Shown here: one piece after another, positions 47,791 through 61,460 of the stretch
Layout: every line of letters starts with the position of its first letter
How positions within the stretch are numbered: position 1 is the stretch's first letter
Source: Malacoraja senta
Taxonomy: Eukaryota
DNA: 64,000 nucleotides
Assembly: GCA_038087875.1 (NCBI GenBank)
Contig: JAXLNO010000188.1
Coordinates: 1-64,000 of the forward strand
Reading direction: 5' to 3'
The notes under the pieces: generated by a model
Databases searched by the model: none
What the model was told of the DNA's origin: nothing
What the model saw: the letters and a program-made list of their open reading frames with translations, nothing else
Program-made: the position numbers and the translations under genes

Positions 47791-50700
47791 CTGCAAAGGG
47801 AAAATCTGATTGAAAATATATTTTTATAACGTGACAGTCGTACAGGGATATGGCATGTTACCGTGTTTTGTGACCCTTCAAATCCACGCTGACCATCAAA
47901 CGTCCATTTTCACAGGGGTGTCAGGGGTTATGGGGAGAAGGCATGAGAATGGGGTTAAGAGGGAGAGATAGACCAGCCATGATTGAATGGCGGAGTAGAC
48001 TTGATGGGCCGAATGGCCTAATTCTACTCCTATTCCTTATGACCTTATGACCCCACAGGTACCTCACCTTTTATGCGTGTTAGATTTAGTTTAGTTTAGT
48101 TTGGAGATACAGCGTGGGAACAGGCCTTTCGGCCCACCGAGTCCGTGCCGTCCCCCATTGACGTCACTGCCTGGGCGCCTGGTAGAATCCTGGAGCCCGT
48201 CACTGAGAGCACAGTGGGACCTCCCTCAACACACAGAGCGCAGAAGCCCAAGAAGGCCAAGGACCAGTGGCGCTGCACAAGGGTCGGTATTTGGGAACTC
48301 CGGTAGCTGAATGTATATGTGGCAACGATTTGGATGGAAGATCAAGGTGCTCGAAGGCGATGGGGAATTGGTGTAGAAGAGGAGGTGAGGCCTGGAACTG
48401 ATCAGCGATGATCACATTGAATGATGGGGCAGGCTTGTGGGGGTGAGTGGACATTTCCTGCTCACCCTGTTATTGGAATAATCTGGTTAAACTGGAAAAG
48501 GCGCAGAGAAGATTTACGAGGATGTTGCCAGGACTCGAGGGCCTGAGCTATAGGTGGAGGTTGAGCAGGCTGGGACTGTTCCTTGGAGCGCAGGAGGATG
48601 AAGAGTGATTTTATAGAGGTGTACAAAACCATGAGGGGAATAGATCGGGTAGATGCACAGAGTCTTTAACACAGAGCAGGGGAATCAAGAAGCAGAGGAC
48701 ATAGGTTTAAGGTGAGGAGGGGAAAGATTTAAAAGGAGCCCGATGGGCAACTTTTTTACACAAAGTGCGGTAGATACCTGGAACGAGCTGGCGGAGGAGG
48801 TAGTTGAGGCAGGTACTATCACAATGTTTAAAAAACATTTGGACAGGTACATGGATAGGACGGGTTTAGAGGGATATGGGCCAAACACAGGAAGGCGGGA
48901 TACGTGTAGATGGGACATGTTGGTCGGTCTGGGCAAGTTGGGTCGAAGGGCCTGTTTCCACGCTGGGGGACTGTGACTATTGTCTCGTGTACTTGCAAAT
49001 GCACAAAGGGAAAATGGAAGAACATTCCACCCAACTCCTTTGTACCAGAAGGAAGTTAACGGGTCTGGCGATTATTTTGGACTGGGTTTGGACTCCAACT
49101 GGTTAGCACGCAACAAAGGCTTTTCACTGTACACGTGACAATAAACTGAAACTGCCTGAATTCTTTAATTCCCTGAAAACAATTGCGATCTTGATACCTG
49201 TTGGAATATCGTTCGCCGGGCTGTTACCCGAGCTGTAACAAGTGTCCACATTTATCTTCATCCCCGCATTAATCATTGCCTTCAAGGGAAAGACAAACAG
49301 TTCCATCAAGAGAGAGGAACAGGGTTCTGTACAAAGCCCCTTCTACACCAGCACCACATCACTCTGGCGACAGCCAACATTGGACACGGTCGTGAGGTCA
49401 ATATTTCAAAGCCAATGGTTTTGTGTTAGGCGAGGAGGAATTACAGGAATAAGTTAGGCAGCAGGAATTAAGTGAAAGATCAGCCATGCTCCTCCGACTG
49501 AATAACAGAACATGATTGAGCGACTGATTGTCCTCTATCTCAGTTACATGTTGCATGGATCCACCCTGACATTAAAGCATAGAACCATTTTGTGATAGGG
49601 GTCCAAACTAAAAGATAGTAATTACAGATGCAATTGAACAAAGGACGCGAAATATCGCAAGCATTTCAGAGATTCAAGCTAGTTTAGCCTAGAGACCCAG
49701 CGCGGAAACATGCCATTCGGCCCACTGAATCCGTGCCGACCAGCGATCCCCGCACATTAACTCCATCCTACACACACTAGGGACAATTTACAATTTTACC
49801 AAGCCAATTACACTACAAACCTTTATGTCTTTGGACTGTGGGGTGGAACCGGAAACCCCGGAGAAAACCCACGCAGGTCACGGGGAGAAAGTACAAGCTC
49901 CGTACAGACAGCACCCGTAGTCAGGATCGAACCCGGATCTCTGGCGCTGTAAGGCAGCAACTCTACCGCTGCGCCACCGTGCTGCCCCTTGTCTTTGACA
50001 AAGGCACTTTAAATCGCCATTTGTGGCTGTTTAGAGTTTCTGCTTAAGTTTTAATGTAAAGATACAGCATGGTGATAGGCCATTCAGCTCACCGTGTCCA
50101 TGGCAACCATTGATCACCCGTTCACACTAGTTCTCCATTGTTCACCCACTCCTTACATTTTAGGGATTGTTTTTTTTACAGAGACCAATTAATCCACAAA
50201 CCCACATGTCTTTGGGATGTGGGATGAAACCGGAGCATGGGGAGGAAAGCCACGCGGTCACAGGGAGAACATGCAAACGCCACACAGACAGCATTCAAAC
50301 CCGAGTCTCTGGTGCTGTGAGACAATGGCTCTACTAGCTGAATGATCTGGGCTGAAGGGCCTGTTTGTGCGCTGTATGAGTGCATGACTGTAACGAGAGC
50401 AGGGAAAACCATGCATGGATGAGGGAGCCACAGTGATCTCCAGGAGAGGCAGCTACCTGTTCACAGGCCTTCCTCCAGTCCATTTTGCTAATGACAACCA
50501 GGAAGAAGGCAGCTTGTACGACCACACAGACGAAGAGCCCCGACCAAAGACCTGCAAAGCCATAACAATGCGGTCAATGCAGAGTCCGTGTGCCTGCGAT
50601 GCTGCTGCAAGCTAGATTGGCATTGGACCCGCGTCTCACCGCACCCGTGCATATGACCTCCGTAAACCCAGCCTGACTTTAGGGGTTAGACTTGAGAGAT

Positions 50701-53700
50701 ACAGCACGGAAACAGGCCATTCGGCCCACCAAGTCTGTGCCGACCAACCATCTACACTCGCACTACCCGACACACTAGGGACAATTTACAATTTACAGAA
50801 GCCAATTAACCTATAAACCTGCACATCCTTAGAGTGTGGGTGGAAACCAGAGCACCAGGAGAAAACCCACATGGTTACAGGGAGAACGTACAAACTCTGT
50901 ACAGACAGCACCCAGAGTCAGGATTGAACTTGAATCCCTAGTGCTGTAAGGCAGCGACTGTACCACTGCGACACAGTGCTGCCCTTGACCGCTTTCTTGG
51001 GTTATGGATGGCCCATGCACCACAGCCTGGGTCACTGGCTGGCCCTGCCGCTGGACATCCTGGTGATATTGTGGCCTGGGTCACTGGCTGGGACAACGTG
51101 GTGATGTTGTGGCCTAGGAATTCCACGTATCTTCTCACTTGTCCTTCGTCAAAGTTAGGCAGTATCCTGGGACTCTCTCCCTAGGGCCCTCTGGCATGTC
51201 ACCCCCTCGTGGATTGCAATGGGCCTGAAAAGTCTGCCTGCACTTTCTCAAGGGCAACGAGGAAAAGACAATAAGCCAAAGACAAATCCAGAGGGAATAT
51301 GTTCAAGGAGGAACTGCAGATGCTGGAAAATCGACGGTAGACAAAAATGCTGGAGAAACTCAGCGGGTACGGCAGCATCTATGGAGCGAAGGAAATAGGC
51401 AACGTTTCGGGCCTCCAGTTTCTCCAGCATTTTTGTCTACCTCCAGAGGGAATATATTAATACCAACATTGTTTGTGCACCACCAGACTCAGGAATAGCT
51501 AATTCCCCTCTGTTACCAGGCTTCTGAACGGTCCTTCCATAAGCTAGGGTGCTGTCCTCATTCACCTCTACCCCATTGTGGACATTGGACTTTGTTTCCG
51601 GAACTGATGCGCTACAATGCTGAAAACTACATTCTGCACTCTGTATCTTCCCCTTTGCTCTACCTATTGTACTCGAGGTTTACTTGGTTGTATCTCTAGT
51701 GTGGTATATCTGATCTGATTGGATGGCATGCAAAACAAAGCTTTTCACAGCATTTTCTACATTCTGCGCTCTGTCTCTGACTCCATTTACACCTCACGCA
51801 GCCTCGGCAGGGCCAGCAGCATAATCTAGGATGAGTCGCACCCTGGCCACTCCCTCTTCTCCCCTCCCCCATCGGGCAAGAGGTATAGAAGTGTGAAAAC
51901 GCACACCTCCAGATTCGGGACCAGTTTCTTCCCAGCTGTTATCAGGCAACTGAACCATCCTACCAAAAACTAGAGAGTGGTCCTGAACTAGTGGCTACCT
52001 CATTGGACACACTCGGACTACTGTATCTCTGATCAGACTTTACTGGCTTTACCTTGCACTAAATGTTACTCACGTTATTCCCTTTATCATGTATCTGTAC
52101 ATTGTAAATGGCTCGATTGTAATCATGTACGTGTTGTCTTTCCGCCGACTGGTTAGCGTTTCACTCTACCTCGGTACACATGATAATAAACTAAACTCAA
52201 CTCAAAAAACTCAACACAAACTCAACTTTGCTCAGCCTGTTGGACTTAATGTCTGAGATGCCCAGCTGTTTTAGGAATAAGTGTAAAGGTCTGAAGAAGG
52301 GTCTCAATCCGAAACGTCACCTATTCCTTTTCTCCAGAGATGTTGCCTGACCTGCTGAGTTACTCCAGCTTTTGTCTAAAGGATAATGAAGCTCTGCTGA
52401 TGCATGGAACTGTCGTCATGGAAACAAACTCCACTTCAACTAAGGGGGGGGGGGGGGGCGGGGCAGAGGAAATCCAGTGGTCAGGCACATCCCCCTCATG
52501 GGGTGAAGGGAGGGCAAATCGCAGACCATGTCCAGCGCATCAGTTCACGAATCGCAAGTTATAGGAGCAGAATGAGGCCATTCGGCCCATCGAGTCCACT
52601 CCGCCATTAAATCATGGCTGATCTCTGCCTCCTAGTCCCATTTTCCTGCCTTCGTCCCATAACCCTCGACACCCATTCTAATCAGGAATTTGTCTATCTC
52701 CGCCTTAGAAATATCCACTGACTTGGCCTCCACAGCCCTCTGTGGCAATGAGTTCCGCAGATTAACTACCCTCTGCCTAAAGAAGTTCCCCTCCCTCACC
52801 TCCTTTCTAAAATAGCGCCCTTTAATTCTGAGGCTATGACCTCTGGTCCTCGACTCTCCCACCAGTGGAAACATCCTTTCCACATCCATTCTATCTATGC
52901 CTTTCATTATTCTGTAAGTTTCAATGAGGTCCCCCCTCAATCTTCTAAACTCCAACGAGCAGAGACCCACCTGTGCCAATCACGTACAAAATGAGGCTGG
53001 TACAGAGGTTTCGAGGGTTGGGGTTGGTCCTGCAGCAACTGACACCCTAAAACCCATTAATGAGGTACAAATAACAGAGCCACACTGCAGGGAACAGGCC
53101 CTTCGGCCCAACTAATCCATGCCGACCAGGATGCCCCATCTAAGCTGGTCCCATTTGCCCGCGTGTGGCCCATGATCCAATGGGAGCGGCTCCATCAACT
53201 CTCAGGAAGTGCAACCTTATCATGGATGAAACAAAGAAGTTTGAATGATGACCCCCCCCCCGCCATCCTCTCCCCCACCCCCCCCCCCCCACACCCCCAA
53301 TGAGGTCCCCCCTCAACCTTCTGAACTGAGTTGCATTCTCACACTGTGCCCCAGTACACTGGGCCACAGAAAGACTCCACTTACAGTGGGCAAGGGAAGG
53401 TTGGGCGGGTGGCAGGGGTCAAAGTGTACCGCGGTGGGTGGACTCCTACCTGTGATGCCAAGGCGAGCTGCAAACATTAGCGTGACCCCCAGGGGGAAGC
53501 CAATGGAGTAGAAGCCAACCAGGTTACCGAGGGCTCCCAGCTTCTGCTTCCCAGCCCCTCTCAGCACTCCGCCGCTCACGGTCTGTGGGGAGAGCAGGCA
53601 CACCACCTGTTAACGGGGCTGCCACAGAGAAACATTAACGCACTGACAACAACTCTTCCATTGTGTAGGAAGCAACTGCTGGTTTAAACCGAAGATAGAC

Positions 53701-56700
53701 ACGACATGCTGGAGTAACTCAGCGGCTCAGGCAGCATCTCTGGACAAAAGGAATAGGTGACGTTTCGGGTCGGGACCCTTCTTCAGGTTCTTGATTAGTA
53801 AGGGTATCGAAGGTAATGGGGAGAGGGCAGTCTGAATCTTTTTGCATATCTTTCATTCATTTGTTCTATATCTCGCTACATCGCCGTCGATATCTCTCGT
53901 TCTCCTTTCCCTCGACTCTCAGTCTGAAGAAGTGTCTCGACCCAAAACGTCACCCATTCCTTCTCTCCAGAGATGCTGCCTGTCACGTTGAGTTACTCCA
54001 GCATTTTGTATCTAATTTAGCTCACTGTTAGCTTAGCTTAGTTTAGTTTTGTGTCTATCGTCTCTAAAGTCATCACAGCTAGATTCTGGAAGGTGAGAGC
54101 CATTCATACATTCTACTGCATCTCACGTTTTAGCACTAGTGTGTGAAAAATATTCTACCCAGTTAATCTATTATCAATGTGGCTATCTGGACTTCCTATA
54201 AAAATTGTTCGTTCCATTTCTCATTCAGTCTTGTTTTAATACTCACAGCTATGGCTTCAAACCAGTGGAAAGTGGCAATGATTGGGTCCACATCTGACAC
54301 CAACTGAATGATCTCTCTGCAGGACAGAGAGAGAGGGGGGAGGGGGGTAGAGGGGCGAGAGAGAGGAGAGACACATGAGAGAGAGGGGATTAGAGAGAGG
54401 GTGAAAGAGAGAGGGAGAGAGGGGCGAGAAAGAGAGGAAGAAACAGAGAGGGACGGGGTGAGAGAAGGGGAAGAGAAGGGGAGAGAGAGAAGGCGGAGAG
54501 AGAAAGAGGGGGAGAGGAGGGAGAGAGAAGGGTGGCAGAGGAGGGGAGAAAGAAGTCAGATATTCAGATATGCTGAAGATATTCAATAGTATTTGAATAT
54601 TGAAAGTTTGCTCTCACTAACTTGTCAGTGGTGAAGACATAACCCAGCACACTCCGAGTGGCTCCAAGGATGACAGAAATCAGCAGTGAACAGCCGCCTG
54701 ACGAAATGGAAAGCAAATTGTTACTTAGCAATTTTTTCCCGACAAAGAGGCAGAGATGACCACTGCTGTGTATGTCTGGGCAAGATGCAGTTACCGGTCA
54801 CTCTTGTGGTCGCTGTGGTAACCGTGGGTATGGAGGGCACTGACCTACTTCTCAACAGATCCTGCAGGGGTAAGGCTGATGGAGATGCTGCCCATGAGAG
54901 CTCAGGCAGCTTGTAAACAGGAGGACACACCAGACCACCATCTTACAGCGATGTCCCTGCCTTACTTTATTTATCAGCGACCTGATCTGCTATTATCGGG
55001 CGCCGCTCGATAAGACCTCGCGCACCGGACTTTGGAAATGGCGCCAAATCTGGCGACTTGGAAAAAAAAGTCACTGTGTTTGCACATGTGATGATGAAGC
55101 ACTACTGATATTGATAGAGAAAAAGACAGTAGGTAATTTGAACACCAAAAAAAAGAGTCAATTCCAATTGTCAGCCACTAAACTCCCAGGGAAGTTTCGA
55201 GAGAAGGCTGGATCAGACAGATCCGGACCTCGGTTGCTGCCTGCGTGGAGTTTGCACGTTCTCCCTGTGACCGTGTGGGTTTTCAGAAAATGGTCAATGG
55301 CATTTTCTGTTTTTTCTTTAAAAAAAGCAATGTTCGTATCGAAGGTCGGAGCAGAAATGAGAGGACAAGTAATCCAGTCCCGTTTCCACCTCAGCACAAC
55401 CGTCCACCAGCTTCTCACTGTAGAGTCAACATGGTGAACTAGCACCAACATGGTCAACTAAGACGAACATGGTCAACTAAGACCAACAGGGGTCTCGCCA
55501 TCAACCCACTCCAGTGCCAGCATGATCAACTAGGACCTACATGGTCAACAAGGGCCAACATGGTCAACTAACACTAACATGGTCAATTAGCACCAACATG
55601 GTCAACTAGGACCTACATGGTCAACTAGCACCAACATGGTCAACTAGCACCAACATGGTCAACTAGCATCAACATGGTCAACTAGCATCAACATGGTCAA
55701 CTAGCATCAACATGGTCAACTAGGACCAGGCTACAACAACTGAGATCCGTGACTGCAGCCAGAGGAGACTGTGAAGACCTCCTGCTCATGCAGGGTTCCT
55801 GCCCAGTTTCAACTCCTAACTTTGGCGGGAGAGGAACTTGCACATTAAGTGTACAGAACTGACTAATGAAAAAGATAAAATCTGACAACATCTTTGGCAT
55901 TTCCACTTATCTGGATATTCGGCTGGATTTCTCCAAAGTCTTCTTCCCGTACACTGTGCACTAGTTTGTGGGCTTCATTGCAATCAGGGAGAACTGGCTC
56001 AATTGGTGAAAACCATGTAAAGCAGCAACTCTACCGCTGCACCACTGTGCTGTCCACTAACCCGTTCAGAAGTACATTTTTTCATGGAAGGAGAAAACGA
56101 CACCAAGCAATGATTGCAACAATGTTGAGGACACTAAAACTACTTCTCAATCTTCTGTTTGCCTCATGTTAAACATTAAGAAACATTTGGACAGATGTAT
56201 GTCTGAAGAAGGGTCTCGACCCAAAACATCACCCATTCCTTCTCTCCAGAGGTGCTGCCTGTCCCGCTGAGTTGCTCCAGCTTTTTCTGTCTATCTTGGA
56301 TACATACCCGGGCTCGATCCTGACTACGGATGCTGTCTGTATGGAGTTTGTACCTTCTCCCCGTGACCTGTTTGAGTTTTCTACGGGTGCACCGGTTTTC
56401 ACCCACACTCCAAAGACGTACAGGTTTAGATGGATATGTGCCAAATTCAGGCAGGAGGGACTAGTATAGATGGGACATGCTAGTTGGTGTGGGTAAGATG
56501 GGTCAAAGGGCATGTTTTACCATGGTCTATGATCATGTTGTGCTCCACAGATAATCTTTTTAAAAGGATATTCAGGAAAAATGTAATGGTTCCCAGAGGT
56601 GGGATAAGTCCAAAATATTTTGTAGTTTGCAACTATTGCAGTTAATCATTGCAGCTCTTTATGTATTAGTTTCACTATTAAACTATTACCCAGATCTCAT

Positions 56701-59700
56701 GCAATAAAATGAAACTTCTTAATGACATACTAAGCCACACTTGGTGCCTAGCAACCTAATTGCACCTACAAACTAGTTCTTATGATTGGGGGGTTATAAT
56801 TTGCTCAGCTCGGTAATTATTTGGAAAGGTATCATATTTCATTTCTGACTTTAATCTAAAGGGAGTGTTCCACTCCTCATCGAGGTCGTGCTTTCTTCTT
56901 TATGATTGAATGCCTGTGAGAATTTGTCAATGGGTTTGCCTGCTTTCCCAATGAGGACGCTGGGTGCTGGGTACCCCCCTGAACTGAGAGATGGGAGGAG
57001 ATCAGAAAAGCAGAAGTCTGTGGCACTGAGATTGCTGGATCTTTGAGGGCAGCGTTTCTGCCAGGTCCATGCCACCTCTGTCAGTGTGGGCGAATATCTG
57101 TCAACCGGGCGGTAGAGTTGCTGCCACACAGCGCCAGAGACCCGGGTTCGATCCTGACTACGGTTGCTGTCTGTAAGTACCTTCTCCCCGTGACCTGCGT
57201 GGGTTTTCACCCACACTCCAAAGACGTGCAGGTTTGTAGGTTAATTGGCTTGGTATAATTGTAAATTGTCCAGGGTGAATAAGATAATGCTAGAGTACGG
57301 GGTGATTGCTGGTTGCAGTGGGCTGGTGAGCGCTGGTTGGCATACACTCGGTGGGCCGAATGGCCTGTTTCCACGCTGTATCTCAAAAGCCCGTCGGTAC
57401 TTTTTATGAATGCATTGACTATTGGCTTTTTTTTTGCATTGATTATATCCAACAAGGCTAGAAAATGACACAAAATGCTGGAGTACCTCAGCGGGTCAGG
57501 CAGCATCTTTGGAGAACATGGACAGACGACGTTGCGGGATAGCTGTCTGAAGAAGGGTCCCGACCCAAAACGTTGCCTATCCATGTTCTCCAGAGATGCT
57601 GACTGACCCGCTGAGGTACTCCAGCACTTTGTGTGATTTTTTTTGTAAACCAGCATCAACAGTTCTTTGTTTCACTCACCCAATCTACATCCTTTTATGA
57701 AGCTGATCCTTGTGTCTCCGACAAGGCCAACATTTACTGTCCCCACTTTATGTTCTTCAGCACAAAGTGTTGTCACTGGGCAGCACGGTGGTGCAGCGGT
57801 AGAGTTGCTGCCTGGATCCTGACCACTGGTGCTGTCTCTGTCTGTACCAAGTTTGTACCTTCAAACCCGTCTTCTGATTTCCCGATTTCTCCGAGATCTT
57901 CAGTTTCCTCCCACACTTCCAAAGAGGTAAACTGGCTTGGTTATAAATTGTCCCAATGTGCGGGGATTGCTGGCCAGGGCGGGCTTGGTGGGCCGAAGAG
58001 CTGATCCGGGCAGTATCAGCTGTACCAGACTCCGATTCATTACCTGATTAGAAAATAGGTGCAGGAGGATGCCATTCGGCCCTTCGAGCCAGCACCGCTA
58101 GTAATGTTGCCTGACCCGCGTAGTTACTCCAGCACTGTGTGTGTAATTGTCAATATTGTCCATATAAGCGGTGATTTGTCTACCTACCCGCACATCATTG
58201 GGATGTGGGAAGGTGCTGGTGTATCCAGGGCAATCCCACGCAGTTAACGGTCGCTGGCGCTGCCTGGTGATGGCGGCTTCTCCCGCAGTGCCAGGCTGCT
58301 GCCCGTGATGGTTTAACCTTTAGCGCAAACCATGAATGAGACCACTGTGCATCCCTACAACAACACGGCAAGCCATGACCAGGGAACTCAACAAACACTC
58401 ACCGATGAAACACAGGGCGATGGTTGCAGAGTTCTGAGCCTTCTCCGGGTTTCTGGCCCCGAGCGCGTTGCCCACAAGGACACTCGCAGCCACACTGCAA
58501 CCAAGGGGTATCTGTAGGGCAAGAAACAACGTCAACTCTTCCACATGTATTTATCCGTATTTGTCTTCAGTTGAACATTTTGTGTGTGTGTCCCCCCCCC
58601 CCTCCCCCTCCCCCATAGTGGAGTAAATGAAAGACTTTGATTTATGTAAATCTATGGAATTCTCTGCCACAGACGGCAGTGGAGGCCAATTCACTGGATG
58701 TTTTCAAGAGAGAGTTAGATAAAGCTCTTAGGCCTAACGGAATCTAGGGATATGGGGGAAAAAGCAGGAACGGGGTACTGATTGTGGATGATCAGCCATG
58801 ATCATATTGAATGGCGGTGCTGGCTCGAAGGGCCGAATGGCCTACTCCTGCACCTATTTTCTATGTTTCTATACATCACGGTTTTCACAAACAACTGTTG
58901 TAATGTAGGAAAGATGAAGAAGTTTTCAAAGTGAATGGTAGGGCCCTGGAGAGAGTTGTAGACCAGAGGGATTTAGGCATACAGGTACATTGCTGCCTGA
59001 AAGTGGCATCACAGGTAGATGGAGTGTGAAGAAGGCTTTTGGTGCATTGGCCTTCATCGGTCAGATGCAAAGTGTAGTAGGTAGGAACTGCAGATGCTGG
59101 TTTAAATCGAAGATAGACACAAAATTCTGGAGTATCTCAGCAGGACAGGCAGCATCTCTGGAGATGTACAAAGTATAGTATATGTATAGAAGTTGGAACG
59201 TTAGGTTACAATTGTACTAGATGTTGATGAGGCTGCATTTGGACTCAGTTTTGGTCACCCTGCTAATGGGAAGGATGTTGTTAAACTGGGAAGGGTGCAG
59301 AGAAGATTTACGATAATGTTAGACAATAGACAATAGGTGCAGGAGTAGGCCATTCGGCCCTTCGAGCCAGCACCACCGTTCAATGTGATCATGGCTGATC
59401 ATCCCCAATCAGTACCCCGTTCCTGCCTTCTCCCCATATCCCCTGACTCCGCTATTTTTAAGAGCCCTATCTAGCTCTCTCTTGAAAGCATCCAGAGAAC
59501 CTGCCTCCACTGCCCTCTGAGGCAGAGAATTCCACAGACTCACCACTCTCTGTGAGAAAAAGTGTTTCCTCGTCTCCGTTCTAAATGGCCTACTCCTTAT
59601 CTTAAACTGTGGCCCCTGGTTCTGGACTCCCCCAACATCGGGAACATGTTTCCTGCCTCTAGTGTGTCCAAACCCTTAACAATCTTATATGTTTCAATGA

Positions 59701-61460
59701 GATATCCTCTCATCCTTCTAAACTCCAGAGTGTACAAGCCCAGCTGCTCCATTCTCTCAACATATGACAGTCCGCCATCTCGGGACTGCCAGGAGTTGAG
59801 GGCCTGAGCTATAGGGAGAGGTTGAGCAGGGCTAGGACTTTATTCCTTGGAGCACAGGAGGGTGAGGGTGATCTTATGGAGGCGTATAAAATCACGAGGA
59901 GGATAGGGTGAATGCACAGATTATCTTACCCAGATGTGGGGAATCGAGAACAAGAGAACATAGGTTTAAGCTGAGAGGGGAACGATTTAATAGGAACTTA
60001 ATAGGCAACCTTTTCACACAGAGGGTGGTGGATACAGGGAATGAGCTGTCAGAGGAGGTACATTAGTTGAGGCAGGTGCTATAACAACATTTAAAATACA
60101 GTTGGATAGGTACATGGAAAGGGAAGGTTTAATTGCTTTTTGACGGTATGACAAATCAAATTCCTCGTATGTTGCAAAACATATTTGACTAGTAAAGTAT
60201 AATTATGATTTTGTTTAGGGGGATATGGGCCAAAGACAGGTAGGTGGGATTAGTGTAGACGGGGCATCTTGCTTGTCGTGGGCAAGTTGGGTAGAAGGGC
60301 CTGTTTCCATCTGTTGCCTCTATGACTGACATAAAAAGGAGATCAAATTGACCAGGTCTGAGGAGTGACTGCTGTGTTCAAAGGCAGGTTTAAAGAGTCG
60401 ACTTGTGGCAACACAAGTACATAGATAGAGTGGTTAAAGAAGGCTTTTGGCTTGCTTGCCTTCATGGGTCGGGGCATTCAGTATACGAGTCAGGAAGTCA
60501 TGATGCAGTTCTATAAGACTTTGGTTGGGCCACATGTGGGGCATTGTGTGCAGTTCTGGTTGCCCCATTGTAGGAAGGATGTGGGTGCTTTGGAGAGGGT
60601 GCAGAGGAGGTTTACCAGAACGCTGCCTGAAATGTATTGTATTGTATTGTATTCAATTTATTGTCATTATCTCATTAAGAGACAACGAAATGGATTTTCC
60701 TTACAGTCATGTATCATAAAAATAAATAATAAATCAATAAAAAAGCACAAACACAGAAGTCCACGACAGAACATAACCCCACAGCGGCACCAAAGTAAGG
60801 AAGGTACCATAGTCCAGCCAGCCTCCCCGCCGATCTTCCCAGATGTTCACCCGTAGTCGGGGCTATAACTACAAGGAGAGGTTGGACAGACTTGAATAGT
60901 TTGCTCTGAAATGTCAGAGGCTGAGAGATGACCTGATAGAAGCATATACAGTTTTGAGAGGCATCAGAACCTTATTCCCAGGGTGGATATATCAAAGACT
61001 AAAGGACTGTGTTTTAAGGTGAGAGGGGGAAAGTTTAAAGAAGATCCTCTAATCCAGGCACCATTCTGGTAAACCTCCTCTGCACCTTCTCCAAAGCCCC
61101 ATATCCCTCCTGCAATGGGATACCAGGGCTGCTGGTGGGGGTAGATACAGTACAAAAGAGGCATTAAAGAGGCTTTTTGATAAGAATATGGATTTGCAGA
61201 GAATTGGAGGTTAGGGGCCATGTGCAGGCAGATGAGTGCAGTTCATCTTGGCATCATGTTCAGTGTGGACATTGCTGGCCGGCGGGCCTGTTCGTGTGCT
61301 GTATATGTTCTACATGCTTTAAAGGTGGCATGCATTTTCAATGGCAACAAGACTGCGTACGCGCTGTGCTCTCAGGGAGACGTCAGCCTTACCATATATG
61401 CCGCTGTTAACACCTGGTAAATAACCGACTGTGCTCCGAGTTCAATTTCACTAACCAGCC
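47552..61460 (-). CDS. SLC47A1-like: SLC47A / MATE transporter paralogue B, exons 10-17 (5' exons outside the window or in the gap)
   Basis: Eight exons (68, 109, 76, 70, 133, 95, 82 nt and the last exon), all GT-AG and in phase. Confidence 0.93.
49198..49279 (-). CDS. SLC47A1-like: SLC47A paralogue B, exon 16
   Basis: AMINAGMKINVDTCYSSGNSPANDIPT|gtatc, 82 nt. Confidence 0.8.
49680..49988 (-). mobile_element. tRNA-derived V-SINE (HE1-like)
   Basis: Full-length reverse copy. Confidence 0.85.
50457..50551 (-). CDS. SLC47A1-like: SLC47A paralogue B, exon 15
   Basis: (G)LWSGLFVCVVVQAAFFLVVISKMDWRKACEQ|gtagct, 95 nt. Confidence 0.93.
52287..52322 (+). ncRNA. Minimal hammerhead-ribozyme-like motif in a Penelope-like element
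   Basis: AGGT CTGAAGA A GGGT-CTCA-ATCC GAAAC GTC ACCT: CUGANGA/GAAA/UH core, 4-bp stems I and II, palindromic ACGT stem III. Confidence 0.55.
53450..53582 (-). CDS. SLC47A1-like: SLC47A paralogue B, exon 14
   Basis: TVSGGVLRGAGKQKLGALGNLVGFYSIGFPLGVTLMFAARLGIT|gtagga, 133 nt. Confidence 0.95.
54247..54316 (-). CDS. SLC47A1-like: SLC47A paralogue B, exon 13
   Basis: EIIQLVSDVDPIIATFHWFEAIA|gtgagt, 70 nt. Confidence 0.92.
54622..54697 (-). CDS. SLC47A1-like: SLC47A paralogue B, exon 12
   Basis: (G)GCSLLISVILGATRSVLGYVFTTD(K)|gttagt, 76 nt. Confidence 0.92.
55427..55727 (+). repeat. 19-bp minisatellite (CAACATGGTCAACTAGCAC)n
   Basis: About 14 tandem units with one interruption near 55490-55520. 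Confidence 0.9.
58403..58511 (-). CDS. SLC47A1-like: SLC47A paralogue B, exon 11
   Basis: IPLGCSVAASVLVGNALGARNPEKAQNSATIALCFI|gtgagt, 109 nt. Confidence 0.94.
59321..59775 (-). mobile_element. CR1 3' fragment nested in an older, oppositely oriented CR1
   Basis: (TATTGTC)n tail; nearly identical to 15094-15550; flanked on both sides by + strand CR1 sequence. Confidence 0.85.
61393..61460 (-). CDS. SLC47A1-like: SLC47A paralogue B, exon 10
   Basis: (G)LVSEIELGAQSVIYQVLTAAYM|gtaagg, 68 nt. Confidence 0.92.

Noticed and set aside
55427..55727. CRISPR-like appearance of regular repeats
   Set aside because: No unique spacers, eukaryotic context and no cas genes; it is a minisatellite.
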